Source: a virus
Reading direction: 5' to 3' (one strand)
DNA: 64,000 bases
IMG/VR virus record: IMGVR_UViG_3300021964_000024
Location: 32,001 to 96,000 of that record
Below the pieces are notes generated by a model, which did not search any database, was not told the origin of the DNA, and worked only from the letters and a program-made list of their open reading frames with translations. Numbering within the stretch: position 1 is the stretch's first letter; each line of letters opens with the position of its first letter. The translations under genes and the position numbers were made by a program. Below, piece after piece: positions 1 through 9,231 of this stretch.

Positions 1-12
1 ACCTAAGAAAAA

Positions 13-591
13 GTGAATAGAGTATTTTTTATCGGTATGAATCGCATTGCGACAAAATCGTTTTCGCATCTATTTAGAGACTCAGGATACAAATCATTCC
101 ATTACAGTTGTATGGACACAATGACAGGTCAGTCCATTATACTTGCACAACAGATGCAGAACAATCTGGATGAATTTAGACCCGTCATGCACGGTATGGA
201 CAAAGCACACGTCTATAGTGACATGTTCTGGCACAGAGAAAATGTCTGGATTGATGGTGTTAAGATGTATCGTGAAATACAGAATCAACACCCAGATGCC
301 TATTTTATTTTACAAACAAGGGATATGGACGCATGGTTACTTAGTAAAGAAAACCATAAAGGGGGAGCGTACATAAAACGTTGCATGGACTTTCACGGAG
401 TCAATCAACAAGAAATGATTGATTGGTTCAAGTACGACAGAGAAAAACACGAAAAGGCAGTGCGTAAACATTTCCTTGGATACGATAAGTTCCTTGAGTA
501 TGACCTTGACAATGACCCTATCACTAAATTGATCGATTTCTTGAAACCAGAATTTTTCTTGCAGGAAAAGTACTGGGGACACTATAAATAA
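13..591 (+). CDS. sulfotransferase-family P-loop protein
   Basis: N-terminal VFFIGMNRIATKS resembles the PAPS-binding 5'-PSB loop; FILQTRD..W..S resembles the 3'-PB motif. Confidence 0.6.
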   Translation: MNRVFFIGMNRIATKSFSHLFRDSGYKSFHYSCMDTMTGQSIILAQQMQNNLDEFRPVMHGMDKAHVYSDMFWHRENVWIDGVKMYREIQNQHPDAYFILQTRDMDAWLLSKENHKGGAYIKRCMDFHGVNQQEMIDWFKYDREKHEKAVRKHFLGYDKFLEYDLDNDPITKLIDFLKPEFFLQEKYWGHYK

Positions 592-602
592 ACATATAAA
601 TA
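583..602 (+). promoter_or_regulatory. tandem T4-type late promoters (TATAAATA at 583-590 and 595-602)
   Basis: Exact gp55 consensus twice, directly upstream of the virion genes. Confidence 0.85.
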
Positions 603-628
603 AAAGAAGAGTTTTTAAGGGATAGTAG

Positions 629-1213
629 ATGTCAGACATCTTTAACAGATTAAGTATTCAAGCGTTTCGTTCGGGGATTACTCCACGTACCGAAGAATCA
701 CGTAAGTGGTTCTTGAAGAAAGCGCAGAATATGAGAAGCATCAATCGTGAAGCGTTGATGCAAGAAGATCCTCTCAAGTCGAGATCTAAACAGATCGTTG
801 GCGGGATGTTCATGTTCGGATATGATCCCAAACACAAAGACACACTACCATACTATGATGTGTTTCCGTTAGTGATAGTACTTGGCCCGGCAGAGGGAGG
901 ATTCTTAGGATTGAATCTACATTACCTACCTCCAAAGTTGCGTCTTTTATTCTTCTCTAACTTGATGGATATTCAGGGTAGTAAGTTGAGTGAAAATGAT
1001 AAGTTCAGTTTGACTTATCGTACACTAAAGAAAGCGTCAAACTTGAGATACTTTAAACCGTGTATTAAGCACTATTTGAATGCTCAAGTAACAAGTAAGT
1101 TCGCAGAAGTACTTGCACCAGAGTGGGAGATTGCAGTGTTCTTACCAACCGCACAGTTCCGTAAACGTTCTAGTGCAAAAGTATTCTCAGATAGTAGGCA
1201 GATGATAGGATGA
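629..1213 (+). CDS. gp2: DNA end protector protein (T4 gp2-like)
   Basis: YDPKHKDTLPYYDxFPL...GFLGLNLHYLPP motif; late-gene context. Confidence 0.85.
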   Translation: MSDIFNRLSIQAFRSGITPRTEESRKWFLKKAQNMRSINREALMQEDPLKSRSKQIVGGMFMFGYDPKHKDTLPYYDVFPLVIVLGPAEGGFLGLNLHYLPPKLRLLFFSNLMDIQGSKLSENDKFSLTYRTLKKASNLRYFKPCIKHYLNAQVTSKFAEVLAPEWEIAVFLPTAQFRKRSSAKVFSDSRQMIG

Positions 1214-1941
1214 GTTTTAGTATAGAGACACTGAAGGCACAGATTACTCAGTCGGGTGGTCTTGCAATGAAGAATCAGTTCATGGTAGAACTACCACAAC
1301 TTGAGTCGTTCCCTATGGACATTCGTGAACTGGATGTCATGTGTCTGACTACATCATTGCCTGGCAGACAGGTAATGTCGCAAGAAGTTACCGTGGGTAC
1401 GACACAAAGAAAAATTGCAAATGGTTTTGCAACCACAGATATGCAGATGACTTTCTTAGTTGCAAATAACCACATGATACGTCAATACTTCGAAGCATGG
1501 CAAAACGAAGCACATAACCAAACAGAGAAAACTGTAGGGTACTTCGAAGATTATACATATGACGTGAAGATACATACAATAGAAAGAGGACTGAGACTTG
1601 CCTTGTTTAAAAAACAACTGGGTTTCATGGACAACGTACCTAGTGTTATCAAGAATAGACTTCCTGATCTAGGGCCGATTGATCTTTCTCAGGGTGAGAT
1701 AGACTTAGGTGCATCTTTCCCTATGAAACAAACATACACGTGTACACTATTTGAGTGTTACCCGACTTCGTTACAAGAACAAGCGTTGAGTAGTTCGGAT
1801 GAAGGATACATGGAACTCACCGTCCAACTCTCTTACACTGATTTTGAAAGTAAAGCAGGTGAATTTACTAGTGAAGGTGAATCTTTTGGTCGAGGCGTTG
1901 CTGGCGCTGTAGGCGGTTTGATTGGCAGAGCACTTGGTTAA
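1210..1941 (+). CDS. tail tube-like / baseplate tail tube initiator (gp54-like)
   Basis: GGLA..NQF, SLPGR, FEAWQ, LFECYP..L pattern of the gp19/gp54 family; lies between gp2 and gp26. Confidence 0.7.
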   Translation: MSFSIETLKAQITQSGGLAMKNQFMVELPQLESFPMDIRELDVMCLTTSLPGRQVMSQEVTVGTTQRKIANGFATTDMQMTFLVANNHMIRQYFEAWQNEAHNQTEKTVGYFEDYTYDVKIHTIERGLRLALFKKQLGFMDNVPSVIKNRLPDLGPIDLSQGEIDLGASFPMKQTYTCTLFECYPTSLQEQALSSSDEGYMELTVQLSYTDFESKAGEFTSEGESFGRGVAGAVGGLIGRALG

Positions 1942-1972
1942 ATTTAATTATTAATATATTGGAGAACACATT

Positions 1973-2680
1973 ATGGCATTACCCAAGTTAAACGAGTCCC
2001 CGAATTACAGTACGACAATTCCGTCTACGGGGCAAAAGGTGACGTTCCGTCCATACCTAGTCAAAGAAGAAAAGGTATTGATGATTGCGTTTGAGACAGG
2101 AGATCAGAACCAATCGCTTCAGGCGATTTGTGATACACTAGAAGCGTGTATCTCTGAGGAAATTGATGTAAAGAATCTTTGCACATTTGACATTGAGTAT
2201 CTGTTCACACAGATTCGATCTAAGTCAGTGGGTGAGACAGCAACCATCACTCTTCCTTGTTCTGAATGCGACAAGAGAACAGAGGTTGGTGTTTCATTAC
2301 AGGATATCAATATCGATGTGGGTGACGTTGAAAACACAATTCAGTTGACCGACAGTATTAGTATTCAGATGAAATACCCTTCGTATGCACAGGTTCTCAG
2401 TCTAGATCTCGCTAATGCGAACGACACTGAAGTAGGATTCAACATGATTGCAAAGTGTATCTCTGCAATTTTGACTGAAGAGGAAAGGATTGATACCAAA
2501 GATGTCAAGGAAGATGAAGTCATGTCATTCATCGAACAGATGACTGCGGATCAGTTCAAGAATGTGACACAGTTCTTGCAGGACATTCCAACGTTGAACC
2601 AAGACGTTGAATATATCTGTAACAGTTGTGGTCATGAAAACAAAACCAGACTTAAAGGGATTAACGATTTTTTATCATAA
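1973..2680 (+). CDS. gp26: baseplate hub assembly protein (gp26-like)
   Basis: MALPKL..P.Y...IPSTG..V.FRPYLVKEEK, FDIEYLF.QIRSKSVGE, two CxxC pairs. Confidence 0.9.
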   Translation: MALPKLNESPNYSTTIPSTGQKVTFRPYLVKEEKVLMIAFETGDQNQSLQAICDTLEACISEEIDVKNLCTFDIEYLFTQIRSKSVGETATITLPCSECDKRTEVGVSLQDINIDVGDVENTIQLTDSISIQMKYPSYAQVLSLDLANANDTEVGFNMIAKCISAILTEEERIDTKDVKEDEVMSFIEQMTADQFKNVTQFLQDIPTLNQDVEYICNSCGHENKTRLKGINDFLS

Positions 2681-2871
2681 ACCTTTCTCACGATAATTTG
2701 GTCAATTACTATAAGACCAATTTTTCGTTGATGCAACACCACAATTATAGTTTGGCAGACATTGAAACAATGATGCCGTGGGAAAGGGAGATTTATGTCG
2801 CTATGTTAGTTGACTGGGTGAAGGAAGAGAATGATCGTATAAAACAAGAACAGATGAAACACGGACATTAA
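2668..2871 (+). CDS. gp51: gp51-like baseplate hub assembly frame, probably expressed as a -1 frameshift extension of gp26 (absent from ORF track)
   Basis: Manual translation FFIINLSHDNLVNYYKTNFSLMQHHNYSLADIETMMPWEREIYVAMLVDWVKEENDRIKQEQMKHGH*; first ATG only at 2731, inside the conserved region. Confidence 0.8.
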   Translation, partial: FFIINLSHDNLVNYYKTNFSLMQHHNYSLADIETMMPWEREIYVAMLVDWVKEENDRIKQEQMKHGH

Positions 2872-2874
2872 GAA

Positions 2875-5040
2875 ATGGCAGATAACGAAAAGTTACTTCA
2901 GGCAATAGATGCGTTAAGGTTTGAGAATGCTCAGTACCATGACGAAAACTATCTGAAGCAAGGTAAGCAAGTAGCTAACTCAGAGGTTACCGTCAAACTT
3001 ATGGCGGAACTTGTTGATGAGTTTCGTCAGGGCAGAGCTGACGATAAACTTGATGCCGAAGAACGAAGACGTGACGCTGCAAAAGATCAAGGATCTGGAG
3101 GGCCAAAACCACCCGAAAGAAGTAATCGAGATGACACTGACGTTGATTTCGGACTCAGTGGAATCCTTGCTACTGTTGCAGGAATTGGTGCCGCAGTTGC
3201 AGGATTTGCAGTAGGTCTAGTTCAGGGTGTTTCAAATATCTTCAAACTTGCCACTGCAGCTTTCCGTACACGTCTTACCGCCATCTTTGCACCAGTGACT
3301 AGATTCGTCGATGCAATTACAGATGTATTTGGTAAACGTGGTTCGTCACAATTCCTCAAAGGAAACACCTACAAAACTCTAGGGAATCTGACCAAGTACT
3401 TCCGTGGTTTCGCAGATATCATCAAAAGCGTTGAGACTCGTTTCGCTAGAATAGGTACTCAGATCACACAGTTCAGTAGAACTGTTCGTTCGTATGCAGG
3501 AATGCTTACAAACGTTGTTAAGGATTTTGGTAAATTAAAACTCAATCAAATCGGGGCGGCGTTCTCCAGATTCACACAAGGTATTGTAAACTTCCAGAGA
3601 TCTGTTGTTAAATATATGACGTTCGGTGAGAACAGAGCGCTAACCGGACTCTTAGAAAAGATAACCAAACCAGTCAAGAATTTCATAAACGGTTTACGTG
3701 GTGTTGGTGAAAGCACCAGTAAAATTGCTAAGACCATGAAATCTTTCTTTGGTGCGTTCAAAGTGATTGGACGATTCGTTGCATTCCCTCTTACTGTAGT
3801 AATGGGTTTGATCGATTCCTTCAAGGGCGCAAGAGACAATATGGAAGGCAGAGTTGGTGCATTCGATAAAATTCTTTCTGGTGCAATCGGTGCAATCGCA
3901 GGACTTATTAAAGGTCTTATTCTAGTACCGATTGATCTACTCAAATCTGGTATCTCTTGGGTCGCCAAAAAACTAGGGTTTGAGAACTTTGCTAACTTAC
4001 TTGACTCGTTCAGTTTCGCAGACTCCTTTATGGAATTCACTTCACGATTGACAGATGGGTTCATATACACTTTCAGAAATGCCATTGACAGTATTATGAA
4101 ACCTTTCGAAGATGGTGTAGACTTGGGTTCTATTTTTGAGTTTGTGGTCACCCTACCCTATAAGATAGTAACTAGTCTTCTTGATTTAACTAAGTCTGCT
4201 GTCGGTTCATTGTTAGGTTTGTTTGGTGCAACAGATGCAGAAGAAGCACTAGGATCATTTAGTTTCACAGACATGTTTGATAGTCTGATCCAGTTCGTAA
4301 AGGAACTACCGACCAGATTGGCAAATGCATTGTTAAGTTTCTTCGAAGATCCAATAGGTGCCATCAAAGACGGTCTTCAGATTGCGGGTAACTTTGCAAG
4401 TATGGCAGGGGCAAAAATTAAAAGTCTATTAGTAGGTCTGTTACCAGACCCAGATAGTCTTGTAGCAAATCTAGTACCGGACGCTCTTTATGAATGGGCA
4501 AATGAACCACCACCTGCTCCACCTGAACCTGTAGTTGCAGACGTACCTGCTACTGAGACACAAAATCCAATATCCAGATCAGAAGAACCACAAGAAATTC
4601 GTGGGGTAGATGAAGATGGTTTTGAATACATCGAACGTAGAAGACCCGCTTCTATGGATAGACCCGCCAGTACTGCGATTGCAGGTACTAGGGATATTTA
4701 CGGTGAAGAGTTTATTGATCCGGTAACAGGAGAGTCAAGAAGACAGAAGGTCTTTGAAGCGGATCCAATGATTGCCGCAAAACTGCAGAAGGACAATGAT
4801 GAGTTCTTTGCAGAGATGGATCGACTTGAGGCGGCAAAAAACACTAGGGGTCAAGACTTAGATCAGATGTCTAGAACGAATGCTCAGTCAGCTTCTTCAG
4901 GAATGAATGTTGTGGTGAGTGCACCAAATCAGACAAGTACGACTACAAACAATTCAAATACTGCAGCCATAATAGACCAAAACCTGCCAACCGTAGATAC
5001 GAATGACAGGTCTTGGGGTTTAGGTGGATCTTTCGGTTAA
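2875..5040 (+). CDS. tail tape measure / baseplate hub protein (gp29-like)
   Basis: 721 aa, Gly/Ala/Phe-rich amphipathic helical sequence; follows gp26/gp51. Confidence 0.7.
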   Translation: MADNEKLLQAIDALRFENAQYHDENYLKQGKQVANSEVTVKLMAELVDEFRQGRADDKLDAEERRRDAAKDQGSGGPKPPERSNRDDTDVDFGLSGILATVAGIGAAVAGFAVGLVQGVSNIFKLATAAFRTRLTAIFAPVTRFVDAITDVFGKRGSSQFLKGNTYKTLGNLTKYFRGFADIIKSVETRFARIGTQITQFSRTVRSYAGMLTNVVKDFGKLKLNQIGAAFSRFTQGIVNFQRSVVKYMTFGENRALTGLLEKITKPVKNFINGLRGVGESTSKIAKTMKSFFGAFKVIGRFVAFPLTVVMGLIDSFKGARDNMEGRVGAFDKILSGAIGAIAGLIKGLILVPIDLLKSGISWVAKKLGFENFANLLDSFSFADSFMEFTSRLTDGFIYTFRNAIDSIMKPFEDGVDLGSIFEFVVTLPYKIVTSLLDLTKSAVGSLLGLFGATDAEEALGSFSFTDMFDSLIQFVKELPTRLANALLSFFEDPIGAIKDGLQIAGNFASMAGAKIKSLLVGLLPDPDSLVANLVPDALYEWANEPPPAPPEPVVADVPATETQNPISRSEEPQEIRGVDEDGFEYIERRRPASMDRPASTAIAGTRDIYGEEFIDPVTGESRRQKVFEADPMIAAKLQKDNDEFFAEMDRLEAAKNTRGQDLDQMSRTNAQSASSGMNVVVSAPNQTSTTTNNSNTAAIIDQNLPTVDTNDRSWGLGGSFG

Positions 5041-5255
5041 AGAACAGTTAGCAACTCTTCAATCAGGGTTGCTTTCTTCTTACGTCTATCCAACTCTACT
5101 CCGTTCTCTCTACCCAACTTCTCAAGTTGTGCCTTGGTGAGTTTTCCTAGAGACTCGGCAGTGTGGGTTGGTTCGGAAACTTCATCAAAGATAGTTTTCC
5201 CGAAGTCACCCTCTGCTGAGACAGGAGCAAAGATTTTCTTAAGCCAATTAAACAT
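5037..5255 (-). CDS. small HeH/Rho_N-like nucleic-acid-binding protein
   Basis: LGKLTKAQLEKLGRENGVELDRRKKKATLIEEL helix-extension-helix pattern. Confidence 0.6.
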   Translation of the reverse strand: MFNWLKKIFAPVSAEGDFGKTIFDEVSEPTHTAESLGKLTKAQLEKLGRENGVELDRRKKKATLIEELLTVL

Positions 5256-5266
5256 AGTGTATCTCC

Positions 5267-6187
5267 TTAGTCTTCTTGGGCCATTTTAGCGAAGTAGGAC
5301 AGAGTGTCCTCTTCATCATCTGTTGCTCCAACTGAAGGTTCAGGGGCGGCAACAATTTCAGGTTCAGGTGCAGATTTACCTACACTTGACTCTGCAGTCT
5401 GAGTCAAAGACTCATTCTTCGCAGTCACATTAGATCCTACCGCAGTACCTAGTACTAGACCAAGACGTGCTTCCAGATCAGTGTATGACTTAAAGTTTGC
5501 AGGATCGATGAACTCATTCAGATCGTACTGTTGATTGTACGTTGCTTCGAGTTTAGTCTCATCCGCATCGAACAATGCAGAAGTAGATTTGAACTCCGAC
5601 TTATCGTAGTTACGATAACCGGCAACGTTACGGATCTTCAGTTCGAAGTCTGCACCATTCCAAAAGTCGAATGGATTGATGGGTTCTTCGCCCGGAAATT
5701 GTGGTTGCATAAGATCCATGATCTTATCAAAAATCTTCTTACCAAATTCATAGTAGAAGACTTTACCGTTATTGGCAGGGTTAGCAGGATCGTTCACAAC
5801 AAGGATGTTGGACACGTAGTGTAACCTACGCTTCTGCTTACGAGCAGTTTCCTTATCTTCTTCGAGTCCTGTGTTCCATAGACGTGAGTTGAGTTCGGAT
5901 ACAGGATCCTTCTGACCAATGGTAGTCAAAGATTTCTCAATGTACCACTGACCTTGAGGGCCTTTGAATCCATGATCCCAATAACGTACCCATGGAGTTT
6001 CCATACCTTCCACTGCAGGAAGGAAACGAATAACAGCATAACCATTACCGCTTTCATCGACGGTTGGTTTCCACTGACGTTCGTCTACGTACTTATTGGT
6101 TTGTTGTTTCTGACCAGACGCTTCTTGTGCAGCGTTGACCAATTTTGAGATGTCGGCAGACCGACTTTTTAGGTTAGCAAAAGACAT
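5267..6187 (-). CDS. gp32: single-stranded DNA-binding protein
   Basis: GNGYAVIRFLP, WYIEKSLTT, GKKIFDKI, NPFDFW.GADF.LKI, YDKSEF, acidic tail SYFAKMAQED. Confidence 0.97.
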   Translation of the reverse strand: MSFANLKSRSADISKLVNAAQEASGQKQQTNKYVDERQWKPTVDESGNGYAVIRFLPAVEGMETPWVRYWDHGFKGPQGQWYIEKSLTTIGQKDPVSELNSRLWNTGLEEDKETARKQKRRLHYVSNILVVNDPANPANNGKVFYYEFGKKIFDKIMDLMQPQFPGEEPINPFDFWNGADFELKIRNVAGYRNYDKSEFKSTSALFDADETKLEATYNQQYDLNEFIDPANFKSYTDLEARLGLVLGTAVGSNVTAKNESLTQTAESSVGKSAPEPEIVAAPEPSVGATDDEEDTLSYFAKMAQED

Positions 6188-6262
6188 ATTTTTTCTCCAG
6201 TATGTGCAATATATGCAGTTTATTTACAATTGTTTTCAGCGTATTTTCACTTCAACATAATC

Positions 6263-6291
6263 AGTATAACTTATTTATACTCAAATGTCAA
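6263..6291 (-). promoter_or_regulatory. gp32 dual promoter: sigma70 TTGACA-17-TATACT with a nested late TATAAATA (6272-6279)
   Basis: Both consensus elements read directly on the minus strand. Confidence 0.8.
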
Positions 6292-6550
6292 GCGTATTTT
6301 GTTTTTCTAGAAAATTTAGCGACATTGCTTCACTCTCTAGACGTTCCACAATTGAGGGTGTAAGATACTTCTTAACATCCTCAACTTCCATTTTGTTCTC
6401 TTCACATAAGTGAACAATGGTATCTATATAATTCAGACCGCTACGTCTGACAGTCATCTCCACCATCTTCGAGAACCTCTTCCGGTTCATAAAGTTCTCC
6501 TCCTGTTCGGGGGTTTCCTTTTGGTTCGGAAGCGTAAACTCTATCGTCAT
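6281..6550 (-). CDS. gp33: late transcription coactivator
   Basis: FSKMVE...YIDTIVHLCEENKMEVE.V.K.L...I.E.LE.EA..LNFL; adjacent to gp32. Confidence 0.85.
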   Translation of the reverse strand: MTIEFTLPNQKETPEQEENFMNRKRFSKMVEMTVRRSGLNYIDTIVHLCEENKMEVEDVKKYLTPSIVERLESEAMSLNFLEKQNTLDI

Positions 6551-7022
6551 GTTCTTTCATCTCCTTTGTGTACTCGCCACAGTCAGAGTAGAAATGTCCT
6601 ATAGTTCTTTTGGGGCGACCATTCGCATCGTAAGCCATGGTGTACACAAAGGTATTCATCTTACCCTCTTTGTGTCTACCATAACGATGGTCTAACCAAA
6701 TACTACTCTCAAGGTAACGTTTCATATTAGAAAGATAGACTTCTAATACTTGATATTCCAACCTCTCCTTCGAATCTTTGGAAAGGCGCTGTTGTTTCTT
6801 AGCACGAAGTTCTTCACCAACTTCTTTGATCCATCCCTTCACCTTTTTCCAGTGTAGGGGATGATCTTCGTCCATCTCTCTAAGAATAGGATGAACTGAC
6901 TTTGAACCGTCATGTCCACGAGCGAGTCGTGCTTTGGCAAGTCTTTCACTTGCCGCCGCACGTTGTTCATCACTCATTGGTTTGCGTTTTTTACGCAAGG
7001 TAGGATTTTTCTTTAAACCCAT
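6441..7022 (-). CDS. hypothetical protein (basic N-terminus)
   Basis: 193-aa ORF in the co-oriented operon upstream of gp33. Confidence 0.6.
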   Translation of the reverse strand: MGLKKNPTLRKKRKPMSDEQRAAASERLAKARLARGHDGSKSVHPILREMDEDHPLHWKKVKGWIKEVGEELRAKKQQRLSKDSKERLEYQVLEVYLSNMKRYLESSIWLDHRYGRHKEGKMNTFVYTMAYDANGRPKRTIGHFYSDCGEYTKEMKEHDDRVYASEPKGNPRTGGELYEPEEVLEDGGDDCQT

Positions 7023-7327
7023 GACTCACACCGATACTCCACTAAATTTTCGACTCGAAACGATCTCCAGTCGTTGACCTCAAGATCAAACAGAACAACG
7101 ATGGTTTCGTTCTGTTCACGTTTGTCTTCGGTCTTAGGATGTTTCTCTTCAGGGATTATATCAAACTTACGAGTCCCACGCATATTGCGTAAGTCTCCGT
7201 TGACTTTCTTAAACTGAAGATCTACGATCCCGTCTTGGAGTGCTTCAAGAATTCCTTGCCTCTTCGATTCTAGCGACTTCGCCTTCATCATCTCCGGAGT
7301 CATCTCCGAGTCCATCACTTGTTCCAT
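7013..7327 (-). CDS. WYL_2 / SH3-like fold protein
   Basis: F.KVNGDLRNMRGT...FDLEVNDWRSFR motif; start placed at the AGGAG-preceded ATG 7327. Confidence 0.7.
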   Translation of the reverse strand: MEQVMDSEMTPEMMKAKSLESKRQGILEALQDGIVDLQFKKVNGDLRNMRGTRKFDIIPEEKHPKTEDKREQNETIVVLFDLEVNDWRSFRVENLVEYRCESWV

Positions 7328-7565
7328 TATCTTCTCCTTTAGCTTGAGCATCTGCATGAAGTTCTTTGACCCACTGGTCACCCTCATCGTAGTAGACGAT
7401 CATACGCTCATTCGCAATGATCAACTCTTCGATATTCTTCAATTCCTCTTCCGGAGCCTTATCCTTCATTCGTTCTTGAATGTAGATAATGTTCTGGACA
7501 TAGGTATCTTTCAGAACCGCCTTAGTCTTTTCTAAAGCTTCTTGAAATTCTTTTTCGGTGTACAT
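7245..7565 (-). CDS. hypothetical protein
   Basis: ORF preceded by GAGG SD, co-oriented. Confidence 0.55.
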   Translation of the reverse strand: MYTEKEFQEALEKTKAVLKDTYVQNIIYIQERMKDKAPEEELKNIEELIIANERMIVYYDEGDQWVKELHADAQAKGEDNGTSDGLGDDSGDDEGEVARIEEARNS

Positions 7566-7685
7566 AAACTATCCTCAATTTGTTGGAGTTCTTTCTCCAA
7601 TTCAATGTTAAGACGCTTCTGTCTTCGTTTTGCATTAGATTTCTCTACCGCACTACGAATCATTTGAAATCGCAATCTTTTATCC

Positions 7686-7714
7686 ATTATATATGATTAT
7701 CCTTAACTTGTCAA
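7686..7714 (-). promoter_or_regulatory. sigma70 early promoter TTGACA-17-TATAAT
   Basis: Perfect consensus and spacing. Confidence 0.8.
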
Positions 7715-7924
7715 GTACTCGTGTACTTTATTTTCAAAATCCTTAACAGAGAATGACTGCAGAGCAATTTTCTCAAGATCTCGTGCGAGATCCATGTTAG
7801 GGGTATAGTGGACTCCACTCAATCGAAACTTTTTCAGATTCTCATAGAGTGCAGATTCCATTCCTTCATCACCCTCGAAGGGTGCGTGTCCTGCATACGC
7901 AAGATCATAACCAAGTCTACTCAT
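7703..7924 (-). CDS. hypothetical protein
   Basis: ATGA overlap with upstream gene. Confidence 0.55.
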   Translation of the reverse strand: MSRLGYDLAYAGHAPFEGDEGMESALYENLKKFRLSGVHYTPNMDLARDLEKIALQSFSVKDFENKVHEYLTS

Positions 7925-8445
7925 GATGCTTCCTTAAACCATGATGGGGGTTGACGTTTAGTCCACTTCATTTCAAAACGAGACTGTTTAGTCTGGTAGA
8001 AGTTCCGGTAGGACGCAACCGGATCTCCTTCAACAATACACTCAGGGTAATCCTTGAATGCAAGTTTGAAAGGGGTGATAGTACCCATCGGAATGTTCAC
8101 GGGTGGAACACACAGACGTGCACGGAACTTTTCTTCAGACTTGTGTACCTTACCATATCGGTAGGTATACTCTTCGCACAATGCAATCCAGTGTGCATAA
8201 TGCCAGTTGTAGTTACCCATGGACTCCATAGTCCACAAGGTAGATGGGTGTCGAGGATGTGCGATCTTGTACAGATCTTCGTTACCTTCGTCACCGTCTA
8301 AAATTCTATGTGCAGTACACAACATCTGGCAAGACTCCAACGGCATCTTGACCACGTGCTTATCGCATTGCGATACTGCAGACTCGACTGCTTCAGGGAA
8401 CGGGTTCTTGCGTTCCGGATCATACTCAATTGCGAAGATGTTCAT
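7921..8445 (-). CDS. pyrimidine-dimer DNA glycosylase (DenV-like family)
   Basis: MNIF...CDKHVVKMPLESCQMLCTAH, HP.T.W, EYTYRYGKVH, YRNFY motifs. Confidence 0.75.
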   Translation of the reverse strand: MNIFAIEYDPERKNPFPEAVESAVSQCDKHVVKMPLESCQMLCTAHRILDGDEGNEDLYKIAHPRHPSTLWTMESMGNYNWHYAHWIALCEEYTYRYGKVHKSEEKFRARLCVPPVNIPMGTITPFKLAFKDYPECIVEGDPVASYRNFYQTKQSRFEMKWTKRQPPSWFKEAS

Positions 8446-8591
8446 TGTCCGATCCTATTTTTTAGTTTCTCTATATTGTCGTAGGCTTCCTCAAGAGCAG
8501 ATACCATGTAAGAAACATCTTCAGGTCTTAACTGACCGCCATTCACCACATGATGATAAAAACGTCTTGCTTGTGCTAGCACTTCACTCAT
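8442..8591 (-). CDS. hypothetical protein (start moved to MSEVLAQ)
   Basis: GGGAGAG SD; sequence upstream belongs to the 8584-8727 ORF. Confidence 0.45.
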   Translation of the reverse strand: MSEVLAQARRFYHHVVNGGQLRPEDVSYMVSALEEAYDNIEKLKNRIGQ

Positions 8592-8727
8592 CTCTCTCCC
8601 CTTTATGTTTTTTGTATCCATCTTTGTCCCGCTTCTTACGATCAACGTGAGTAGCGGGACGGTTGAACTTATTCAAGTTCTTTGCGACAGGGTTACTCCT
8701 CTTCGGAGTTTTTGGTGTATTTGCCAT
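8584..8727 (-). CDS. small basic protein (47 aa; not in ORF track)
   Basis: Manual translation MANTPKTPKRSNPVAKNLNKFNRPATHVDRKKRDKDGYKKHKGERDE; NPVAK..N motif recalled from T4-like phages. Confidence 0.6.
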   Translation of the reverse strand: MANTPKTPKRSNPVAKNLNKFNRPATHVDRKKRDKDGYKKHKGERDE

Positions 8728-9067
8728 GGAACGTCTTACCAAACATTCGGTAAGCCTCCTTCTCTTTGACTACGTAGACTTCCTTGAGTCTACCATTCTG
8801 ACCAACCTGAACGATAGTATCCATATCCACGATACCGTCACGCAACATCATGTTGAGCATCAGGTCATACTTTAGACCAAAGTCAGACTTCATGAGTTCA
8901 CCGACAGTAAACTTCTTCTTCTCACGTTTGATCTCTTTGTCGATCACAGGTTTCTCACCCAATGCATGTGCAACACGCATATCACATGTCAGATCCATAC
9001 CCATGAACATACTACGTTCACCAGTAGAACCATAGACAACGTTAACAGTTTGACGTGTACCAATCAT
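8693..9067 (-). CDS. hypothetical protein
   Basis: AAGGAG SD; early cassette. Confidence 0.6.
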   Translation of the reverse strand: MIGTRQTVNVVYGSTGERSMFMGMDLTCDMRVAHALGEKPVIDKEIKREKKKFTVGELMKSDFGLKYDLMLNMMLRDGIVDMDTIVQVGQNGRLKEVYVVKEKEAYRMFGKTFHGKYTKNSEEE

Positions 9068-9069
9068 AA

Positions 9070-9231
9070 TTACTCCTTACCAAATTGAAATTGCTCAGTC
9101 CAAGCGATAAACACGTTCATCGCCTCGACCTTGCTCATATTAAAAACATCCATCAAGACTCGTGGTGCACCAAACATGTTGATGTCACCAGACTCCCGTA
9201 GATCATCCAAAAATTCAAAGTAGGTCTCCAT
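9070..9231 (-). CDS. small hypothetical protein (53 aa; not in ORF track)
   Basis: METYFEFLDDLRESGDINMFGAPRVL...; TAATG coupling to upstream gene. Confidence 0.6.
   Translation of the reverse strand: METYFEFLDDLRESGDINMFGAPRVLMDVFNMSKVEAMNVFIAWTEQFQFGKE

Noticed and set aside
3546-4151. 201-aa minus-strand ORF, and similar antisense ORFs such as 53171-53740, 48282-48746, 12482-12919
   Set aside because: Mirror frames of well-supported genes; no SD or recognisable motifs.
8595-8692. Apparent non-coding gap with a hairpin (possible sRNA)
   Set aside because: Explained by the 47-aa ORF at 8584-8727.
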